Shown here one piece after another: positions 33,186 to 37,404 of a DNA stretch of 37,404 nt. Source of the stretch: an uncultured Pirellulales bacterium (GTDB lineage: Bacteria; Planctomycetota; Phycisphaerae; Sedimentisphaerales; Anaerobacaceae); assembly GCA_964431825.1 (NCBI GenBank), contig CAYSLN010000002.1:1-37404 (forward strand), written 5' to 3'. The notes under the pieces are model-generated. The model was not told the DNA's origin. It did not search any database and worked only from the letters and a program-made list of their open reading frames with translations. The first letter of the stretch is position 1. Each line of letters opens with the position of its first letter. Made by a program: the position numbers and the translations under genes.

Positions 33186-34997
33186 ATGGAACAAACTGAA
33201 AAGAAAGGACATGATTCGCAGTCACAAGTTATGGCTTCAATAGATAACCTGCCAGCGTTTCTAATCGAGGCGGAAAATGCTGTAAACGCTGGAAATACGG
33301 AGAAAGCCAAAGCCTTTCTTTGTGAAAAGGCAGTCGAACAAGTTTGCAATATACAGGATGTTGCTTCAAAGGTGTTGGCGCTTTATATGCTTGCCTCACT
33401 GCTTCGTAAAGTCCGGCAGTTCGACAGAGCAGAGAAATTAAACAAAAAAATTCTTGAGTATGGTGAATATGCTTTTGCGTATAACGAGTTGAGCGGCATC
33501 TGCCAGGAAAGATGTGACTTCATAGCGGCTGTTGAATACGGAAGCAAGGCCTTGAGCCTCGAACCCGATAACCCAAAGCTCTTGTCCGTCCTCGGCAATG
33601 AACTTATCGCAATCAGCAAGATAGACGAAGGTGTCGAGTTATTGCGAAAAGCAGTCGAAATTGCGCCCGAGGATACGGAGATTGGGACGTGGCTGTTGTA
33701 CGGTCTTCATTATAAGCCCGACATAACACCGCAAATTCTTTTTGAAGAGCATAGGAAGTGGGGCAGCAGACATGCACCTATGACTATGGCCAAGATGAAT
33801 CACGATAATACTGTCGATCCTGAGAAAAAGCTTCGTATCGGGTACATTTCGCCGAATTTCCGACGGCACTCTGTCGTATATTTCTTTGAACCCCTTCTTG
33901 AAAGCCATAACCGTGAAGCAGTCGAAGTTTATGGCTACAATAATTCAAAAAAAGCAGATAAGTTTACCGAACGAATGAGACCTCAGTTTGATAACTTTAG
34001 AGATATTTACGAGCTGGCAGATGAAGAAGTCGCCGAGATGATCGTTCAGGACAAGATAGACATTCTTGTAGATCTGGCAGGTCATACCAGGGATAATAGT
34101 CTTCCTGTGTTGGCAAGGAGGCCCGCTCCTATACAGGTTACCTGGCTCGGTTATCCCAATACGACAGGTTTGGAGCAGATAGACTATCGGATAACTGACG
34201 AGTTGGCGGATCCACCCCGACTTCATAAATATTACACTGAAGAACAGGTATGTCTACCTGACGGTTTTTTATGTTATAGACCGCCGGATTTTGCACCGGC
34301 CTTGTCGGCATGTCCTTGCATCAAAAATGGTTATATCACATTTGGCTCGTTCAACATGAACGCGAAGATTAATCTTGAGGTTATATCTCTTTGGGCTCAG
34401 GTACTGAAGACAACTGAGAAGTCTCGTCTCTTGATTAAGCTTAGAGGTGGGGACCGCCGGCAGCTGCAAGACCACTATCGCAACCATTTTGAACGGCTCG
34501 GAATCAAGCCAGACAGGATAGAAATATGCGGGCGAAAATCAGCAGTGGAGCATCTGGCAATGTACGGAGAGGTAGATATTGGTCTGGACCCATATCCGTA
34601 TCATGGTACAACTACTACCTGTGAAGCCCTGTGGATGGGCGTGCCCATTATATCACTGCTTGGTGACCATCATTCCTGTCGCGTGTCTCTGAGTCTGCTC
34701 AAACGTCTTGATATGGATTATTTTGTCGCCTCAACTGAAGAAGAATATGTGGCAAAAGCATCTGCCCTCGCGGCAAATACGAAATCGTTATCGAAAATCC
34801 GCGCCACAATGCGCCAAAGACTGGCAGCCAGCGATATTTGCAACAAATCCAAATTTGCCGCGAATATTGAACAGGCCTATCGAAAAATGTGGCACCGATG
34901 GTGTCAGTCACAAGGAGTTGATGTTTCAAGTAAGCAGGTTGAGTCAAAAACCCAGCACTCGAATCAAAATATAACTCAGCATACACCTGTTATATAG
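33186..34997 (+). CDS. TPR + GT41-like glycosyltransferase, paralog 2
   Basis: It carries the same C-terminal blocks as paralog 1: LRIGYISPNFRRHSVVYFFEPLL, PAPIQVTWLGYPNTTG, ITFGSFNMNAKIN, GLDPYPYHGTTTTCEALWMGVPIISL and YRKMWHRWC. The N-terminal TPR region is divergent and about 215 aa long. Confidence 0.85.
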   Translation: MEQTEKKGHDSQSQVMASIDNLPAFLIEAENAVNAGNTEKAKAFLCEKAVEQVCNIQDVASKVLALYMLASLLRKVRQFDRAEKLNKKILEYGEYAFAYNELSGICQERCDFIAAVEYGSKALSLEPDNPKLLSVLGNELIAISKIDEGVELLRKAVEIAPEDTEIGTWLLYGLHYKPDITPQILFEEHRKWGSRHAPMTMAKMNHDNTVDPEKKLRIGYISPNFRRHSVVYFFEPLLESHNREAVEVYGYNNSKKADKFTERMRPQFDNFRDIYELADEEVAEMIVQDKIDILVDLAGHTRDNSLPVLARRPAPIQVTWLGYPNTTGLEQIDYRITDELADPPRLHKYYTEEQVCLPDGFLCYRPPDFAPALSACPCIKNGYITFGSFNMNAKINLEVISLWAQVLKTTEKSRLLIKLRGGDRRQLQDHYRNHFERLGIKPDRIEICGRKSAVEHLAMYGEVDIGLDPYPYHGTTTTCEALWMGVPIISLLGDHHSCRVSLSLLKRLDMDYFVASTEEEYVAKASALAANTKSLSKIRATMRQRLAASDICNKSKFAANIEQAYRKMWHRWCQSQGVDVSSKQVESKTQHSNQNITQHTPVI

Positions 34998-35028
34998 AAC
35001 AGAGATTGTTAATTGTTGTGGATTTGGA

Positions 35029-36744
35029 ATGGCACAGGAAAAGAAGAAAAGACCTTGTCGCAGCAAGGTAAAAAAATCTTCGCCCGTTCAACAAGATGGA
35101 ACTGAAGATGGGCTGGCTGCGTTTCTTCGCAAAATCAAATCAGCTTTTGAAGAGGGTCAGCTTGAACTTGCTATCGGCATTCTTTCACAAGCCGCAAAAT
35201 ATGTGTCGGAAACCTCGAATTTATCTTCCAGTGAGGCTGTTTTATGGGAAAAATTCGGTGTTCATCTGATATCGACAGGTGAAATAGAACAGTTGGTTGA
35301 TTTGTTGCCCAAGATGGTGAAGATACATCCATGGGATTCGAATGTTCATTCCCATATGTTGTTTACTCTGCATCACCTGCCTGAAGTTGACCAACAAATG
35401 ATTTTTGATGAACATAAACGGTGGGCTGAAATTCACGCGCCTGCGAATAAGATTGAACTCTTTCATGACAATGTTGCTGATCCTGACCGCCGGCTTCGAA
35501 TTGGTTATATCTCTCCTGATTTTCGTATGCATCCGGTGGCATTTTTTGTTGAGTCTCTTCTTAACGGCCACAATCGAAAAAATGTCGAGGTCTATGGGTA
35601 TGGTAATGTCGCCAAGCCGGAAACTGCAACTGAATACCTAAAAGGTAAGTTTGACTATTATCGTAATATCTATGGTCTCGATATCCAATCACTAATCCAT
35701 CTTATCAGGGAAGACAAAATCGACATATTGGTAGAGCTTGCAGGCCACACAAACGATAATAGTCTCACTGCCCTGGCGTATAAACCGGCACCTATCCAGG
35801 TTTCTTATTTAGGGTATCCGGGAACAACTGGAATGCAGCAAATCGATTATCGCCTGGTGGATGAATGTGTTAATCCAGCGCAATCACAGAAATACTATAC
35901 CGAAGAACTAATCCATTTGCCGGAACCTTTTATCTGCTATAATTTTACTGATCTGAAATCACCGGTCACAGCGCCTCCTGTCGAGCAAAAAGGCTACATT
36001 ACCTTCGGGGCGTTTAAGAACAATTGCAAAATTAACTCACATGTAATGTCGCTTTGGGCCAAAATCTTGAAAGCCAATGATAACTCGCGCCTATTATTAC
36101 GATTCGCGAAAGGCTCTGACCAAAATATTAGAAACCATTACCTACGCCAGTTTGAGTTCTTGGGTATCAATCCGAACAGAATTGAAATAGGCGGGTGGCT
36201 GACTTATATTGAGCACCTGCGTCAGTATGAAAATGTTGACATTGGCCTGGACACATTCCCCTTCAATGGCCATACGACTACCTGTGATGCTTTATGGATG
36301 GGCGTGCCGACAATATCACTGTTTGGCGAGTCCTTTGCTTCTCGACTTGGCTTGAGTTTGCTCAAATCGGTAGGGCTGGAGTTTTTTGCGGCTGAAACAG
36401 CCGAAGAATATGTCGCTAAAGCGACTGCGCTGGCACAAAATCATCAGTCGCTCGTTAAGATTCGAGCCTCTATGAGAGAAAGAATGCTTTCCAGTCGTTT
36501 ATGCAATTCAAAAAATTTCGCATCCGGTCTGGAAAACGCATATCGAAAAATGTGGCACCGGTGGTGCAAAAGTCGTGGAGTTGAAATGAGCGATAAAAAA
36601 ACAGGACCAACTCAAAGCCGGCAGCGGCAAGAGAAATCCTCGGAATCAGTTGAACCTGCTACTGTTGCTCGGGAACCTGAATCTAAACGTGGAATTATAT
36701 ACATGATATGGGGTGACAGTGAAAAGCATGAAAAAACACTCTAG
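35029..36744 (+). CDS. TPR-reduced + GT41-like glycosyltransferase, paralog 3 (with an unusually long C-terminal tail)
   Basis: The C-terminal blocks are the same: LRIGYISPDFRMHPVAFFVESLL, PAPIQVSYLGYPGTTG, ITFGAFKNNCKIN, GLDTFPFNGHTTTCDALWMGVPTISL and YRKMWHRWC. The N-terminal region is only about 155 aa. The tail after WHRWC is about 58 aa, against 30-35 aa in the paralogs. Confidence 0.8.
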   Translation: MAQEKKKRPCRSKVKKSSPVQQDGTEDGLAAFLRKIKSAFEEGQLELAIGILSQAAKYVSETSNLSSSEAVLWEKFGVHLISTGEIEQLVDLLPKMVKIHPWDSNVHSHMLFTLHHLPEVDQQMIFDEHKRWAEIHAPANKIELFHDNVADPDRRLRIGYISPDFRMHPVAFFVESLLNGHNRKNVEVYGYGNVAKPETATEYLKGKFDYYRNIYGLDIQSLIHLIREDKIDILVELAGHTNDNSLTALAYKPAPIQVSYLGYPGTTGMQQIDYRLVDECVNPAQSQKYYTEELIHLPEPFICYNFTDLKSPVTAPPVEQKGYITFGAFKNNCKINSHVMSLWAKILKANDNSRLLLRFAKGSDQNIRNHYLRQFEFLGINPNRIEIGGWLTYIEHLRQYENVDIGLDTFPFNGHTTTCDALWMGVPTISLFGESFASRLGLSLLKSVGLEFFAAETAEEYVAKATALAQNHQSLVKIRASMRERMLSSRLCNSKNFASGLENAYRKMWHRWCKSRGVEMSDKKTGPTQSRQRQEKSSESVEPATVAREPESKRGIIYMIWGDSEKHEKTL

Positions 36745-37404
36745 CGTTCAATCACCTCAGTTCGAGAACATCATCCTGATCTTCCTAATACACATCGAAA
36801 GGTTTGAGGCAGGCGGAAAAATAAACAAAACCAGAATATGCGAATTGAGCCCATTTGAACAGACAGCATTTCTGGATAATGACACGGTAGTTATGGGAAA
36901 TCTGGACTACGGCTTTGAAAAGGCCGGGCAGTTTGGCCTGTCATGCGTCATTAATGAGTGTCCATGGGCCAGACGATACAGTGACCCAAGACTTTCCGGT
37001 GATATGATAGAATACAACAGCGGCGTTCTTTTTTTCACCAGAAAGGCAAAGCTCGTTTTTGACGCCTGGGAAAAATTATTCCCAACGACTGATGCTTCGA
37101 TTGTTCATCTTAAAGGTAATAAGAATTGTTTAATGCCGGTAGCTGACCAAGAAAGTTTAGCGTTGGCTCTCGAGCAAACTGGATTTCAACCTTTTATTTT
37201 GCCGTATAACTGGAACTTTCGGCCCAGTTGGCACAGATCGTTATTCGGGCCGATCAAGATATGGCATTCTTATTATGATATTCCCGAAGAACTTCTCGAT
37301 TGGAATAAAGAACAGTCAGCTAAAAATGCCGTGATTCGGTTCTGTCTGCTCGATATGAACGCAAAGAATATTTCACAGAAAGATTTGGTCGGGTCGAGCA
37401 GGTA
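36728..37404 (+). CDS. GT-A fold (GT8-like, DXD) glycosyltransferase ORF, 3'-truncated by the window edge; 5' end possibly disrupted
   Basis: Frame 2 is open from 36707 to the window end and the first ATG is at 36728. It contains SPFEQTAFLDNDTVVMGNLDYGFE (DXD motif) and IEYNSGVLFF, typical of GT8-like nucleotide-diphospho-sugar transferases. The ORF track omits it because it has no stop inside the window. Confidence 0.6.
   Translation, partial: MKKHSSVQSPQFENIILIFLIHIERFEAGGKINKTRICELSPFEQTAFLDNDTVVMGNLDYGFEKAGQFGLSCVINECPWARRYSDPRLSGDMIEYNSGVLFFTRKAKLVFDAWEKLFPTTDASIVHLKGNKNCLMPVADQESLALALEQTGFQPFILPYNWNFRPSWHRSLFGPIKIWHSYYDIPEELLDWNKEQSAKNAVIRFCLLDMNAKNISQKDLVGSSR

Noticed and set aside
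36553-36568. sigma54-like match TGGCAC-CGGTG-GTGC about 170 nt upstream of the GT-A ORF. Weaker equivalents occur at the same position in paralog 1 (33030-33045) and paralog 2 (about 34888).
   Set aside because: The pattern is generated by the conserved codons for M-W-(H/R)-R-W-C (TGG ... TGG TGC) in all three paralogs. It is most simply a by-product of coding sequence.
1-37404. Scan for CRISPR arrays, tRNA/rRNA genes, IS elements, integrases, toxin-antitoxin or defence-system genes, and long nucleotide-level repeats.
   Set aside because: None was recognised. All sizeable ORFs are accounted for by flagellar, TPR or glycosyltransferase genes. The three GT41 paralogs are diverged at the nucleotide level rather than being recent exact repeats.

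Overview
The window is a large flagellar locus from a Gram-negative bacterium; L-ring and P-ring genes are present, and I cannot assign the phylum from sequence alone. There are about 38 protein-coding genes. I saw no rRNA or tRNA genes, no CRISPR array, and no transposase or integrase. Plus strand, 1-10661: flgA (5' partial)-flgH-flgI, a rod-binding-only flgJ, a flgN-like gene, flgK and flgL. These are followed by two small all-TPR proteins, a 103-aa helical protein and an oversized fliD. Minus strand, 23551 down to 10645: flgB-flgC-fliE-fliF-fliG-fliH-fliI-fliJ, an MgtE_N/YlxF-like gene, motA-motB-motB', a gap, then fliO-fliP-fliQ-fliR-flhB. Plus strand, 23940-37404: fliK, a GT4 and a GT2 glycosyltransferase, flagellin, fliS, three tandem TPR+GT41-like (SPINDLY/OGT-type) glycosyltransferase paralogs, and a GT-A fold (GT8-like) ORF that runs off the window. 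Read directly from the sequence: five near-consensus sigma54 (-24/-12) promoters sit at operon heads, while flagellin has none and carries only a weak sigma28-like match. The accessory, least-explained part is a six-glycosyltransferase flagellar glycosylation island wrapped around fliC-fliS. Its core is the triplicated TPR-GT41 module under its own sigma54 promoter, with a G10 homopolymer in the leader. Other points worth a second look: one motA with two translationally coupled motB paralogs; small TPR proteins in the position of hook-associated-protein chaperones; an insertion domain inside FliD; and possible decay or fusion at the junction of the third TPR-GT41 gene and the GT-A ORF. All family assignments rest on motifs recognised by eye. 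No database search was run.
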